Source of the DNA: Bdellovibrionota bacterium
GTDB lineage: Bacteria > Bdellovibrionota_C > UBA2361 > OMII01
Direction: 5' to 3'
Assembly (NCBI GenBank): GCA_044356215.1
Contig: JBIKWQ010000011.1
Coordinates: forward strand, 1-56,185
Length of the DNA stretch: 56,185 nt
In this document: positions 1 to 10,699 of the stretch, in pieces
Layout: every line of letters starts with the position of its first letter
How positions within the stretch are numbered: position 1 is the stretch's first letter
Notes under the pieces: generated by a model
What the model was told of the DNA's origin: nothing
Seen by the model: the letters and a program-made list of their open reading frames with translations, nothing else
The model's database searches: none
Program-made: the position numbers and the translations under genes

Positions 1-67
1 CATCTCGAAAATCGAATATCAACTCAACCTCCACTTTCTCGCTACGGGTAGGTTTTGCCGGCCTTCC
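1..67. mobile_element. MITE copy A (right part only, truncated by window edge)
   Basis: Nearly identical to the 3' part of 2313-2564 and 16621-16803; ends in TIR GGTTTTGCCGGCCTTCC followed by CTAG (68-71). Confidence 0.85.
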
Positions 68-278
68 CTAGGAAAGCAGATTAAAAATTATGACTAATGC
101 CTGATAGCCGCTAGTTATCTGAATTTGTTAATTAACTTTATCTAGCTAATAATTTGGGGGTTTGACTAGCTTTCTCTAGACCTAGTACTCTTCGCCTAGA
201 CACGCGCACCACTCTTGGCCGATTTATAAACCCTTTATGGGTGGATGGTGTCGGTTTTTAACTCCTGGAGCTTTACGA

Positions 279-2252
279 ATGCAAGCGTTTAAGACGCCAC
301 AAGATGGTCAATTTGAGGACCGCGTGAAATCGCAGGAAGGGTCTGTCGAGATTAGTGACACTCTTTACCCTCAGAACTCAGATGTTCCTGTGCCAGGTAG
401 GATGAGATCTATCTTCAGTAATTTTTCGCTTGCGGCGACGGTAAGTTTCGCGTTGGTGATATGGTACGCCATCGCCTTCGTAAAGAGTCTAAAAGGGCGG
501 TGGTTTAATCCGGCTTGGACAACAGACGATGCCACTCAGCAGACGTATCCACTTTATGAAGCTATTTATCCAGGGATTTTTCAGGATGATTTAGTAAGTG
601 AAGTTATGCGGGGGTGCCTACCTCCTCTGCATTACGGGATCAGTTACGCCATAACTCTGTTCACGCAGAATCCGATCATGACCGGCCACTGGGTGATGCT
701 GATTCAGCTCTCACTCGCTCTTGCAGCTCTCTTTATGGCGGTGCGTCGCTTCTCGGGATCTTCAGTTCCCGCAGCGCTGGCTGTTGTATGGTTGATGCAC
801 TCTAGGAATACTATGCAGCGCATCACCGGCGGATTGCCTCGTGGTTGGACGCCAGCGATCTTTGGAACTTTCTTTTACTTCGTCGCCACTCGTAATCACT
901 GGGGGGCCTTGGCCACTATTCTCGTAGGCTCAATGCTAAATCCGCCAGGGGCTCTTATAGTTGGGGTCGCGTACGGCTTAATAATGTTGTTTAGGTGGTG
1001 GTCCTCAAACGGTGTCGAAAGACAGGTGGCGAGATCTAGAGTTTTCCAAGCCATGGCGGTCGCCCCACTGCTTCTAGTGGTCGCTTTGGCCGTGGTCCAA
1101 CGCCCCGCGCACATCGGACAGATGGTGTCGTTTGAAGAAGCGTCTAAGATGCCTGAATTTTCGAGACCATACGGGCGATTTCCATTCCTACCACTAACGC
1201 CAGCATCTAAAGAGATCGATATCTACGGTTATCAGGCATTCATTGGCCGACTTTATCGGCCTACGGAATTTTGGCGCCAAAATATCTGGTGGATGGTGCC
1301 AGTATCGTTGGTCGGCATCTTACTCATTGGTGCACGCCGGAAGATTATGGCGGTCCCAGCTGAGATATTGTGTTTTGGTTTAGCGGCTTCCATGACTTAC
1401 GCGTTGGCACGGCAGTTCGCTTTTAAGCTTTTCGTTCCCGATCGGCATTTACAGATTCCGATGGTTTTTTTCATGATATGTGCCTTTACCATCGGTTTGT
1501 GGCGAATTTTTTCCGGTCGGCGCGATGAATCTTTACCTAGCAACTCTTTGAGAAGGTCTTGGCCGGCCCTGCTAGCCTTTTCCGGATTAGGATTTGTTGT
1601 TTTCCAGTGCTCGCACCTCGGATTATCAGGGGACGCTAACTTCAATTATTCGACGAAGATGCGTGGTTATGTATACCAGTGGCTAAGAACTCACACTCCC
1701 CAAGAGGCTGTTGTGGCGTGCCATCCTAATCATTGTAATGGTGTTCAGCTATTGGCAGTAAGACGTGCTTTTGTGGCGACCGAGACTTCGCATCCATTTT
1801 ATCCACGATATAACTTGGAGATGCGTAGACGGAGTGAGGTATCTTTGCGGGCTCATTACGCAGAGTCCCTAGAAGAGATGGCTTCGCTCTTGATTCCTGA
1901 GGGGATAACTCACTTTGTGTTCCGGAAAGCTGACTTTAGGCCAGCTTCTTTAAGTAAAATGACCTACCACCCTCCGCTTGATAAGGTGGTTAGAGAATTA
2001 GTTGGAAGACCATCGGGTGCTTTTGCTTTTAACGCGCTCCCCAAGCAGATGGACCCTCAGAACTATCCGTTCGTCAAGTTTATCGACGGGGTTTCGGTAG
2101 TTGTCGATGTTAAGGAGCTGGGAGATTATCTCCGCGCGCGGGGATGGTCAGAGCCGCAAGCGTCTATTGGCGCCTCTATGCGTCGCCACGCGAGAACAAA
2201 AGGAACGCTCGTCGCCAGTGGCACTGTTGACCAAGTCGGGTTGCCGAGCTAA
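279..2252 (+). CDS. Polytopic membrane protein, probable GT-C-fold glycosyltransferase
   Basis: Long ORF with many TM segments, acidic DD motif after the first TM (WTTDDATQQ) and a C-terminal soluble domain; GGAG before ATG 279 (ORF track start 237). Confidence 0.6.
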   Translation: MQAFKTPQDGQFEDRVKSQEGSVEISDTLYPQNSDVPVPGRMRSIFSNFSLAATVSFALVIWYAIAFVKSLKGRWFNPAWTTDDATQQTYPLYEAIYPGIFQDDLVSEVMRGCLPPLHYGISYAITLFTQNPIMTGHWVMLIQLSLALAALFMAVRRFSGSSVPAALAVVWLMHSRNTMQRITGGLPRGWTPAIFGTFFYFVATRNHWGALATILVGSMLNPPGALIVGVAYGLIMLFRWWSSNGVERQVARSRVFQAMAVAPLLLVVALAVVQRPAHIGQMVSFEEASKMPEFSRPYGRFPFLPLTPASKEIDIYGYQAFIGRLYRPTEFWRQNIWWMVPVSLVGILLIGARRKIMAVPAEILCFGLAASMTYALARQFAFKLFVPDRHLQIPMVFFMICAFTIGLWRIFSGRRDESLPSNSLRRSWPALLAFSGLGFVVFQCSHLGLSGDANFNYSTKMRGYVYQWLRTHTPQEAVVACHPNHCNGVQLLAVRRAFVATETSHPFYPRYNLEMRRRSEVSLRAHYAESLEEMASLLIPEGITHFVFRKADFRPASLSKMTYHPPLDKVVRELVGRPSGAFAFNALPKQMDPQNYPFVKFIDGVSVVVDVKELGDYLRARGWSEPQASIGASMRRHARTKGTLVASGTVDQVGLPS

Positions 2253-2260
2253 GACTCTAG

Positions 2261-2308
2261 GGAAGGCCGGCCCACTTTCTCGCTACGGGTAGGTTTTGCC
2301 GGACTTCC
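2261..2308. mobile_element. MITE copy B, 48-bp internal-deletion derivative
   Basis: GGAAGGCCGGC joined directly to CCACTTTCTCGCTACGGGTAGGTTTTGCCGGACTTCC; flanked by CTAG (2257-2260) and CTAA (2309-2312). Confidence 0.8.
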
Positions 2309-2312
2309 CTAA

Positions 2313-2564
2313 GGAAGGCCGGCAAAACCCCTCCCTACTGCGAAAGCGGATCTTGAGTCGCTCTTCGAGTTTTCGAGACGGGAAAAAATCCTCAATGTAT
2401 CACAGTGGATACACTTCCGACCTTCGCTAAAGCTACGGCCGGCGAGGCTTTTGTCGGACCAGACGTAGCCTTGGCGTAGTCTGGTGCGGTTTTTTCCCAT
2501 CTCGAAAATCGAATATCAACTCAACCTCCACTTTCTCGCTACGGGTAGGTTTTGCCGGACTTCC
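2313..2564. mobile_element. MITE copy C (252 bp, with 69-bp nested insert)
   Basis: TIRs GGAAGGCCGGCAAAACC / GGTTTTGCCGGACTTCC; CTAA direct repeat at 2309-2312 and 2565-2568. Confidence 0.9.
2416..2484. repeat. REP-like double-palindrome insert inside MITE copy C
   Basis: Absent from copy D; stems TCCGAC...GTCGGA and CCAGAC...GTCTGG; no target duplication. Confidence 0.7.
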
Positions 2565-2597
2565 CTAAGTCATTATAAAAACCCGTGAGCTTCTCCG

Positions 2598-4964
2598 ATG
2601 AGCGACGAGCGGGATGTTTTTTGTGTAGCTCAAATGCCAATACCTTTACCAAGACGTACCGCGACGACGGCGCTATTTTTAATTTCACTCGTCGTAGCTT
2701 TTTTAATTGGCGCCAGGATTTCAGAGCATTCATTTCGTGGGCCAAGTGTCAACAGACTGGTAACAGGCGCCGCCTCTTCCGCTGGCGCGATAGGACAAAA
2801 GACGGATCTTGTCGTGCCTGGTTTTTTAGGGCGGGTGAATAAGATTGAATTAAAGCTAGAGCAAACTCGCGGCGGCCGAGCGATGAACTCATCCAAGATC
2901 GGCATATCTTCTTGCGGCGGCCCAGAGGTTGAATATATTTTTAGTGGGTCACTGGTGACGCGCGTTCCCACCCGGTGGTTCTGCTCGCCATTCTCCCTAA
3001 CTCTACGAGATCTAAACCTTGTGCAGTCGGGTGAGGCTAACGATTTGACGGCCGCCCCAGTTAAGATAGCGTCGCTGTCAGTGATTTCGCGACTGGGTAT
3101 TCCTGTAGTGGATCCGCCAACGACCGCGGTAATCTGGCTTTTTTTGATCGCGCTCTTTTTTCTTACGGGCTTTGTCGCCAGCAGGGCTGGAGTGTCTGAA
3201 TTGGCGTGCTCATGGCTCGTGCTTTTGGGATCTCTGGCGTTTGTTTTTTTTGTAGAGTCAGACGCGAGCAAACTTGAGCCCGTCGCGATTGTTCTCTTGG
3301 GAGCTCTATGTGGCATGGCGCTCTATTCCCGCGAAGATAAATTGATGAATGGAGCGGAGAGTGGGGGAGGTCGATACCTTTTGGCTCTAGCGGTGTTCCT
3401 CGGGCTAGCATTGAGACTTTATGGGATCAACTTTGGATTGCCATCCAATTTTCATCCGGACGAGGTTCCTAAAGTGAATGCCATTATGCGGATGGTTGAT
3501 GGGCACACCCTTAATCCTCAGTACTTTCTGCATCCATCTCTGTTGCTCTACCTAACTTATGGAACCAATTCACTCCTGCATTTTCTCGGTTTGTTTGATG
3601 GATCATTTCGAGATTCGGCGTTTTTGGCCGGTCGAATAGTCAGTCTGACGGCGGGGATCTGCTCAATTATTTTGACATATCTGATCGGCAAAAGGTTGTA
3701 TACCGCCAGGACAGGTGGGATGGCGGCGTTGTTTCTGGCGGTTTTTCCGCTCCATGTTACCTGCAGCCGTTACCTAAAAGAGGACTCGCTTTTAACATTT
3801 ACGATTTTGGCTTGTGTGTTTGTGACGATCGTCTCCGTTCAAAGCAATCGTCGTTGGTTGCTTATACTCGCGGGAGTTCTCGCGGGCTGCGCCGCGGGAA
3901 CGAAGTATAGCGGAATCTTAATGGCTGTCGTTCCAGCTAGCGCTCCATGGATAGCGTCGCGTCGTATCATCCCCGATATTCGCTGGATCCCGTGGGCGAT
4001 GGCGGCTGTCCTAATGGCGCCGATCGGGTTTTTAGCCACTACTCCATATGCGATATTAAATTCAGCTAAGTTCATTAATGACTTCAGAGCGGAGTCGCGC
4101 CACATGGAAAACGGTCACACGGTTTCTATCTCGGCTTGGTCTCAGCTTTGGATGTATCATTTTTGGCGCAGTATTTGGCCCGGTATCACAGGGTGGGTGG
4201 CTGTCGTGTCGTGTGTGGCGTTTGGCTTCGTCTCGCGTAGGGCGAAGCTTGAGGATCTTATGATCCTCGGTCTAGCGCTGCTGTTTTACCTCCCAGCGGA
4301 ATATGTAAAGGCTAAACCGGCGCCCCAGCCGGAGCGCTATATACTGCCTTGCCTGCCATTCATAGCGATCGCCTTGGCTGAGTTAAGTAGATGCTTAATG
4401 TCGGATAGGCGTCGAGCCGTTAAAGGTGGTGCTCTGTGCGGTGTTATTATTCTATTTATGGCGCCTTTCTTTCGAAGCTCCTTGTTGGCCCGAGATGTTA
4501 GGATGGATACCCGTGATCGTTTGGCTATATGGATGAAAGAGAATCTCGAGCATGGCTCACAGGTATTGATGGATTGGAAGCCATACTGTCCTAACTTCCA
4601 CGGCCAGCACTTTGACGTTAAGCATATTCCGAGAGCTCGTATCGTTCGGGATATGGATGTTACGGCTCTTCGCGCTTCTGGCGCTGATTACCTGGTTTTG
4701 TCGAGTCTCTTTTATAATCGATACTTCAGTCAGCCTAATTCAGCGCCGGCTCTTCGACAGAGATTTAGAGATGTATTTCAGCGTGTGCCGATAGTAACTC
4801 AATTTGAGGCGCCATCTGGTACATATGGTTTTCACAACCCGACTCTGACTCTATTTTCGCTGAAAGAGGAGGATTCCAAGATGCTCGATGAAGAGCTCTT
4901 AAAGAAAAAGCAGGGAGAAATCCAGTACACATCTAACGATGTGAAAGCTCGTGCTAAGTGGTGA
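2598..4964 (+). CDS. ArnT/PMT-like (GT-C) membrane glycosyltransferase with N-terminal extension
   Basis: LRLYGINFGLPSNFHPDE motif, HP motif, TKY motif, RYILP motif, many TM helices. Confidence 0.8.
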   Translation: MSDERDVFCVAQMPIPLPRRTATTALFLISLVVAFLIGARISEHSFRGPSVNRLVTGAASSAGAIGQKTDLVVPGFLGRVNKIELKLEQTRGGRAMNSSKIGISSCGGPEVEYIFSGSLVTRVPTRWFCSPFSLTLRDLNLVQSGEANDLTAAPVKIASLSVISRLGIPVVDPPTTAVIWLFLIALFFLTGFVASRAGVSELACSWLVLLGSLAFVFFVESDASKLEPVAIVLLGALCGMALYSREDKLMNGAESGGGRYLLALAVFLGLALRLYGINFGLPSNFHPDEVPKVNAIMRMVDGHTLNPQYFLHPSLLLYLTYGTNSLLHFLGLFDGSFRDSAFLAGRIVSLTAGICSIILTYLIGKRLYTARTGGMAALFLAVFPLHVTCSRYLKEDSLLTFTILACVFVTIVSVQSNRRWLLILAGVLAGCAAGTKYSGILMAVVPASAPWIASRRIIPDIRWIPWAMAAVLMAPIGFLATTPYAILNSAKFINDFRAESRHMENGHTVSISAWSQLWMYHFWRSIWPGITGWVAVVSCVAFGFVSRRAKLEDLMILGLALLFYLPAEYVKAKPAPQPERYILPCLPFIAIALAELSRCLMSDRRRAVKGGALCGVIILFMAPFFRSSLLARDVRMDTRDRLAIWMKENLEHGSQVLMDWKPYCPNFHGQHFDVKHIPRARIVRDMDVTALRASGADYLVLSSLFYNRYFSQPNSAPALRQRFRDVFQRVPIVTQFEAPSGTYGFHNPTLTLFSLKEEDSKMLDEELLKKKQGEIQYTSNDVKARAKW

Positions 4965-5000
4965 TTGTAACTCGCGTAAGCGAGGTTTTGCATCGCCTCC

Positions 5001-6197
5001 CTAGTTATAGCTGACGTTGATATCAACGTACCCATGGGTCAAATCGCAGCCCCACGCTGTGGCAGCAGATTTGCCCAGACCAAGATTTAAGTGGATCTTC
5101 ACCTCTTTGCCCGACATAAGTTTGCGGATCTTATCTATGCTGTGAGCAACGATCTTCCCGCGACGCATAACCGGAGCTCCAGCAAAGGTCAGGTCAACTC
5201 GCTCTGGATCGACCTTAGCCGATGGATCCTTTCCAGCCGCCGCGAGAACTCGACCCCAGTTCGGATCGGCTCCGTGGATAGCGGTTTTAACAAGCGGAGA
5301 GTTAATGATGTTCTTGGCTATGACCCTAGCCTCGCGCAAGTTGCGCGCCCCTTCAACTGTAACTTCGATCAACTTAGTAGCTCCTTCGCCATCCGCGGCG
5401 ATAAGGCGCGTTAGCTGGCCACAGGCTTTCGTCAGAAGCGCCAAGAATTCGTTGAGCTCTTTGGTGCCTGTAATGGCGCGACCCGTCTCGCCGGTAGAGA
5501 AGGCGAGAACCATATCATTAGTTGACGTATCTGTATCAACAGAGGTCATATTGAATGTCGCGTCAGTCGCTGTGCTGAGGAGCCGTTGAAGATTCACGTT
5601 GCTTATTCGACCATCGGTCACCAGAAACCCAAGCATCGTCGCCATGTTCGGGGCGATCATCCCTGAGCCCTTGGCGAAACCCGCAATAGATATCTTTTTC
5701 CCGCCGACCGTCCCAACGCAGAAGACCTCCTTCCGTGTTAGATCGGTGGTCATAATGGCCTCGGCGGCCGCTGTGCCATCTCTTGTTGTGGGATCGCTAA
5801 GAAGCTTCTCTAGTCCACTTTTAACCGCTTTCATCTGAAGAGGCCTGCCGATAATTCCTGTCGAGGAGACTCCGACTTGAGATGGCTTTATGCCGAGGAG
5901 CTTAGCCGCTATTGTCGCGGTTTCCTGAGCGTCTTTATATCCGAGTTGTCCGGTTCCAGCGTTGGCATTTCCAGAGTTGATTATAACAGCCTTCAAGGTA
6001 CCGCGTTTGAGAGCTTCTTTCGTAACCTTTAAGGGAGGAGCTGAGAAGGCGCTGCGAGTGAATACGCCAGCGCTTCCAAACGCATTTGGCACGAATATAT
6101 AGGCCAAATCGCGCTTACCGTTCGCCTTGATCCCCGCGGCTATACCTGACGCGTAGACTCCTTTTAGTGAAGTGATAGTGGGTTTATTTTTGCTCAT
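5001..6197 (-). CDS. argJ: Bifunctional ornithine acetyltransferase / N-acetylglutamate synthase
   Basis: NSGNANAGTG, KGSGMIAPNMATML autoproteolysis site, DTSTND, DGEGATK, DPNWGR; start moved to ATG 6197 (GGAG upstream). Confidence 0.96.
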   Translation of the reverse strand: MSKNKPTITSLKGVYASGIAAGIKANGKRDLAYIFVPNAFGSAGVFTRSAFSAPPLKVTKEALKRGTLKAVIINSGNANAGTGQLGYKDAQETATIAAKLLGIKPSQVGVSSTGIIGRPLQMKAVKSGLEKLLSDPTTRDGTAAAEAIMTTDLTRKEVFCVGTVGGKKISIAGFAKGSGMIAPNMATMLGFLVTDGRISNVNLQRLLSTATDATFNMTSVDTDTSTNDMVLAFSTGETGRAITGTKELNEFLALLTKACGQLTRLIAADGEGATKLIEVTVEGARNLREARVIAKNIINSPLVKTAIHGADPNWGRVLAAAGKDPSAKVDPERVDLTFAGAPVMRRGKIVAHSIDKIRKLMSGKEVKIHLNLGLGKSAATAWGCDLTHGYVDINVSYN

Positions 6198-6371
6198 CTT
6201 GACTCCGATTAGCGACCTGGCTCGATTGATGGTGCGATCTTTAATGACAGCTTGTAGTTTCCGGTTTCTGGCTGATATGTGCAACCCGTAACTACTCACC
6301 GAATTTTTTAGATCATTGCAGTCATTATATCGCTAAATAGGCTGCATTTGCTGAGTCGTTACCGCAACCCT

Positions 6372-6400
6372 TTGATCTCCCTATCCCCATGGGCTATAAC
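6372..6400 (+). promoter_or_regulatory. Putative sigma70 promoter for ugd operon
   Basis: TTGATC-17 bp-TATAAC in the argJ/ugd divergent intergenic region. Confidence 0.45.
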
Positions 6401-6558
6401 TGAGGTCAGATGCCCCGGTACCAGGGCAAGCCTATAGCCCAACGAATATCAGGCGTAGGCCAGGATCAACGGCGTATGGTAGCGCGTTTAAATGGCTTTT
6501 AGGTGGCCCTGTTCTAGGTCCGCTAATATATAGTGCTGTTTTGATGGAGATTTAATCG

Positions 6559-7887
6559 ATGAATATCGCGGTTGTGGGAACTGGATACGTGGGCTTGGTA
6601 GCGGGAGCGTGCTTCGCTGAGACGGGAAACGATGTTATCTGTGTTGATGTAAATGAGAAGAAGGTTGAGGCACTAAAGGCTGGTAAAGTGCCTATCTTCG
6701 AACCTGGCCTAGAAGACCTAGTCCGAAGTAACTCAAAAGCCGGACGTTTGACCTTCACGACATCTCTGAAGGACGCGGTTGAAGCGTCAAAGGTTATCTT
6801 CATAGCGGTAGGTACTCCACAAGATGAGGATGGCTCAGCCGATCTGACGCATGTCTTGGCGGTCGCCAAGGGAATTGGTGAGTCGATGAATGGACCTAAA
6901 GTTGTTGTCGACAAGTCGACGGTCCCGGTAGGTACAGCGGATCGTGTTAGGGCGGAGATTGAGAAGGTCTCCAAGTTTCCTGTGGATGTAGTGAGCAATC
7001 CTGAGTTTCTTAAGGAGGGAGCGGCGATCGATGATTTCTTAAGACCCGATCGAGTCGTAGTTGGAGTCGCTAGTGAGCGAGCGGCGCAGGTAATGAAGGA
7101 GCTTTATGCCCCATTCGTGCGGACGAACAATCCGATCCTAGTCATGGATGTTCGATCCGCTGAGATGACTAAGTACGCGGCTAACACGATGCTTGCTCTC
7201 CGTGTTTCTTTCATGAATGAGATAGCTAACCTTTGCGAGAAGGCAGGCGCGGATATAAATCAGGTGCGGATCGGTATAGGAAGTGACGAACGTATCGGCA
7301 TGAGCTTTATATTCCCAGGGATCGGTTACGGTGGTTCGTGTTTCCCAAAGGATGTACAGGCTCTAATTCGTACCGGTAAGGACCACGATGTTGATCTAAG
7401 GATCGCCCGCGCGGTTGAGGACGTAAACGCCTCACAAAAGAAGGTGTTGGTTCAAAAGATAGTCGGACATTACGGTCAGGATAAAGTTAAGGGCAAGACG
7501 TTCGCGGTATGGGGACTGGCTTTTAAACCTAAGACAGACGATGTGCGAGAGGCGCCGGCTCTGTCCATATGTTCCGAGCTAATTAGGCTGGGAGCTAAGG
7601 TGAGAGCCTTTGATCCGGAGGCCAACGAGACGTTTCGCGAGCGCTTCGGTGATAGCGGCCAACTTGAGTACGTGGATAACAACTACGCCGCGTTAGACGG
7701 AGCGGACGCGCTAATAGTTTGTACTGAGTGGAACGCCTTTAGGCAGCCTAATTTTGATAAGATTTCAGAGATGTTGTCAGAGCCGGTCATATTCGACGGG
7801 CGAAATATTTACGATCCGGCCGATATGCGCAGCTACGGTTTTATGTACTACAGCATCGGCAGGCCGGCGGTTATTAGAAGGGGATAG
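6559..7887 (+). CDS. ugd: UDP-glucose 6-dehydrogenase
   Basis: GTGYVG Rossmann motif, [19 protein letters not shown] catalytic Cys, FKPKTDD. Confidence 0.95.
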   Translation: MNIAVVGTGYVGLVAGACFAETGNDVICVDVNEKKVEALKAGKVPIFEPGLEDLVRSNSKAGRLTFTTSLKDAVEASKVIFIAVGTPQDEDGSADLTHVLAVAKGIGESMNGPKVVVDKSTVPVGTADRVRAEIEKVSKFPVDVVSNPEFLKEGAAIDDFLRPDRVVVGVASERAAQVMKELYAPFVRTNNPILVMDVRSAEMTKYAANTMLALRVSFMNEIANLCEKAGADINQVRIGIGSDERIGMSFIFPGIGYGGSCFPKDVQALIRTGKDHDVDLRIARAVEDVNASQKKVLVQKIVGHYGQDKVKGKTFAVWGLAFKPKTDDVREAPALSICSELIRLGAKVRAFDPEANETFRERFGDSGQLEYVDNNYAALDGADALIVCTEWNAFRQPNFDKISEMLSEPVIFDGRNIYDPADMRSYGFMYYSIGRPAVIRRG

Positions 7888-7895
7888 GTGTTTTT

Positions 7896-8846
7896 ATGCT
7901 GCGAATAGTAGTGACTGGAGGAGCGGGTTTTATTGGTTCTCATCTTTGTGATGTTCTTCTATCTCAAGGGCACGAGGTTATTGCGGTTGATAATCTCTTT
8001 ACAGGCACGAAGAGAAATATCGAGCACCTGCTCGATAATAAGCGCTTCGAGTTCATTCGACACGATGTGACTCTGCCGATTTTAATTGAGTGTGATCAGG
8101 TGTACCACCTCGCGTGTCCCGCTTCGCCGGTTCACTACCAGTACAATCCGATCAAAACGATCAAAACTAATGTCACTGGAACGATCAATATGCTTGGAGT
8201 GGCTAAGCGCACCAAGGCTCGTTTTCTCCTGGCATCAACCTCTGAGGTATACGGTGACCCGCTTCAGCACCCACAAGTGGAGAGCTACTGGGGAAATGTT
8301 AATCCGGTCGGCCCGCGCAGTTGTTACGACGAAGGTAAGCGCGTAGCGGAGACATTGACTGTGAACTATAAGGATCAGGGGCACGTCGATACGAGGATCG
8401 TTAGAATCTTCAATACCTTTGGGCCGCGGATGTTGTTTAATGATGGGCGTGTCGTATCAAACTTTATCGTCCAAGCGCTAAAGGGGGACGATATAACTGT
8501 TTATGGTGAGGGTCAGCAGACACGATCGTTCTGTTACGTTGATGATCTCGTAAACGGCATCATAGCCACGATGAATCGCGATGGATTTCATGGTCCTGTT
8601 AATCTCGGGAATCCTAATGAGATGACGATCATGGATCTGGCCAAGCGGGTGATCGAGTTAACCGGATCAAAGTCAAAGATCGTCAAGAGGCCTCTGCCCC
8701 AAGACGACCCAACTCGCAGACAGCCTCAAATTGATTTGGCTAAGCGGGAGCTAGGCTGGGAGCCTTTGGTCGACCTTAATCAGGGCCTTACTAAGACGAT
8801 CGATAATTTCAAACTCCGGCTTTCTAGAGGCGAGGAAGCTCGTTAG
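7896..8846 (+). CDS. uxs: UDP-glucuronate decarboxylase (UDP-xylose synthase), extended SDR
   Basis: [38 protein letters not shown]. Confidence 0.9.
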   Translation: MLRIVVTGGAGFIGSHLCDVLLSQGHEVIAVDNLFTGTKRNIEHLLDNKRFEFIRHDVTLPILIECDQVYHLACPASPVHYQYNPIKTIKTNVTGTINMLGVAKRTKARFLLASTSEVYGDPLQHPQVESYWGNVNPVGPRSCYDEGKRVAETLTVNYKDQGHVDTRIVRIFNTFGPRMLFNDGRVVSNFIVQALKGDDITVYGEGQQTRSFCYVDDLVNGIIATMNRDGFHGPVNLGNPNEMTIMDLAKRVIELTGSKSKIVKRPLPQDDPTRRQPQIDLAKRELGWEPLVDLNQGLTKTIDNFKLRLSRGEEAR

Positions 8847-8884
8847 TAGGCTTATAAATTATTGGCCATCAATAGAGAGCAGTT

Positions 8885-10699
8885 GTGAGTGATAGCAGAA
8901 GTAAGATCCGAAATTTTAGTATAATAGCCCATATCGATCACGGTAAATCGACCCTAGCGGATCGTATTCTGGAGGCTACCGGCGCGCTAGAAAAGCGCGA
9001 GATGCAGGCCCAATTTCTTGACAAGCTAGATTTGGAGCGTGAGCGTGGGATTACAATCAAAGCTCAGACGGTGCGCTTGTCTTATAAAGCTAAAGACGGA
9101 GAGACATATCAGTTAAATCTTATCGATACCCCCGGACACGTTGATTTTAACTATGAGGTGTCTCGAAGCTTGTCGGCGTGCGAGGGCGCGTTGCTAGTAG
9201 TTGACGCCTCACAGGGTGTAGAGGCCCAGACATTAGCTAATGTCTACTTAGCGATTGAAAACGATCTCGAGATCGTTCCGGTCATCAACAAGATTGATCT
9301 ACCCAACGCCGATATTGAACGAGTTAAGGCAGAGGTTGAGTCGGTAATCGGCTTAGATACCTCAAGCGCATTGCCGATAAGCGCCAAAACAGGCGTTGGT
9401 ATCGGAGATCTGCTTGAGGCGATCGTCAAGCGTGTCCCGCCGCCTTCACGTGGTTTAACGGACGGTCCTCTAAGGGCCTTGGTATATGATTCCTGGTTTG
9501 ATCCCTATGTTGGCGTAGTGGCGCAGGTGCGAATTATCGATGGCGCCCTTAAGCCTGGAGATAAGGTTCGCTTCTTCTCGACAGGCGCTGAATATGACAT
9601 TTACAAATTAGGGGTGTTTACGCCACACGCTCAGGAAGTCCCTGATTTGACCAGTGGTCAGGTGGGGTATTTCTCAGCGGCTATTAAGAATCTAAAAGAT
9701 GTGCGGATCGGCGATACGGTCACCCTTGTAAAGAATCCAGCCAGCGAGGCCTTGCCGGGCTTTAAAGAGGTTAGGCCAATGGTCTTCGGGGGACTCTTCC
9801 CAGTTGACGCTGACGATTACGTAAATTTGAAGACAGCTCTAGAGAAGCTAAGTCTAAACGACAGCGCGTTTACATTTGAGGCCGAGACATCAGCGGCTCT
9901 TGGATTTGGCTATCGTTGCGGCTATCTCGGACTTCTTCATATGGAGATAGTTCAGGAGCGACTGGAGCGTGAATTTGAGCTCAATCTCATCACGACAGCT
10001 CCATCTGTAGTTTACAAAATGGTTCTAAATGATGGAACCGTTTTGAACGTGGATAATCCATCAAAGATGCCTCAGGTTCAGGATATTCTGCGTATTGAGG
10101 AACCACTGGTCGCGGCGACGATACACTGTCCCAAGGAGTTTGTTGGTAACGTTTTAAAGCTCTGTGAGGACCGCCGCGGCATTCAGAAGAATATGGCGTT
10201 TCACGGAACAGAGCGGGCGGTGATATCCTATGAGTTACCGTTGAACGAGATAGTGCTTGATTTTCACGATAAGCTTAAGTCCCTGACAAAAGGTTACGCC
10301 TCGTTTGATTATGAGCTAGTTGGGTATCAGGAGTCTGATCTAGTTAAACTTGATATTAAGTTAAACGGCGACACTGTCGATGCCTTAAGTATTATAGTTC
10401 ACCGAGAAAAAGCTTATCCGCGTGGTAAGGAACTGACCGAAAAGTTAAAGGATATCATAGACCGGCAGATGTTTGAGATCGCAATTCAAGCGGCTATTGG
10501 CGGTAAGGTCGTCGCGAGAAGTACTGTTAAAGCTTTACGAAAGAACGTGACAGCGAAGTGCTACGGTGGCGATATCTCGCGCAAGAGAAAGCTGCTCGAG
10601 AAACAGAAAGAGGGTAAGAAGCGAATGAAACAGGTTGGTAAAGTCTCGATTCCTCAAGAGGCTTTTCTAGCCGTGCTGAAGCTAGGCGATGAGAGTTAA
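8885..10699 (+). CDS. lepA: Elongation factor 4
   Basis: [36 protein letters not shown]. Confidence 0.98.
   Translation: MSDSRSKIRNFSIIAHIDHGKSTLADRILEATGALEKREMQAQFLDKLDLERERGITIKAQTVRLSYKAKDGETYQLNLIDTPGHVDFNYEVSRSLSACEGALLVVDASQGVEAQTLANVYLAIENDLEIVPVINKIDLPNADIERVKAEVESVIGLDTSSALPISAKTGVGIGDLLEAIVKRVPPPSRGLTDGPLRALVYDSWFDPYVGVVAQVRIIDGALKPGDKVRFFSTGAEYDIYKLGVFTPHAQEVPDLTSGQVGYFSAAIKNLKDVRIGDTVTLVKNPASEALPGFKEVRPMVFGGLFPVDADDYVNLKTALEKLSLNDSAFTFEAETSAALGFGYRCGYLGLLHMEIVQERLEREFELNLITTAPSVVYKMVLNDGTVLNVDNPSKMPQVQDILRIEEPLVAATIHCPKEFVGNVLKLCEDRRGIQKNMAFHGTERAVISYELPLNEIVLDFHDKLKSLTKGYASFDYELVGYQESDLVKLDIKLNGDTVDALSIIVHREKAYPRGKELTEKLKDIIDRQMFEIAIQAAIGGKVVARSTVKALRKNVTAKCYGGDISRKRKLLEKQKEGKKRMKQVGKVSIPQEAFLAVLKLGDES

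Noticed and set aside
2309..2745. Short minus-strand ORFs (63 and 68 aa) over the MITEs
   Set aside because: No transposase features; chance frames in non-coding repeats or antisense to the glycosyltransferase
2630..3316. 228-aa antisense ORF and the many other 60-150 aa overlapping ORFs in the track
   Set aside because: Shadow frames of well-supported genes
6465..6490. ops/JUMPstart-like GGCGTATGGTAGCGCG upstream of ugd
   Set aside because: Does not match GGCGGTAG contiguously; too weak to call
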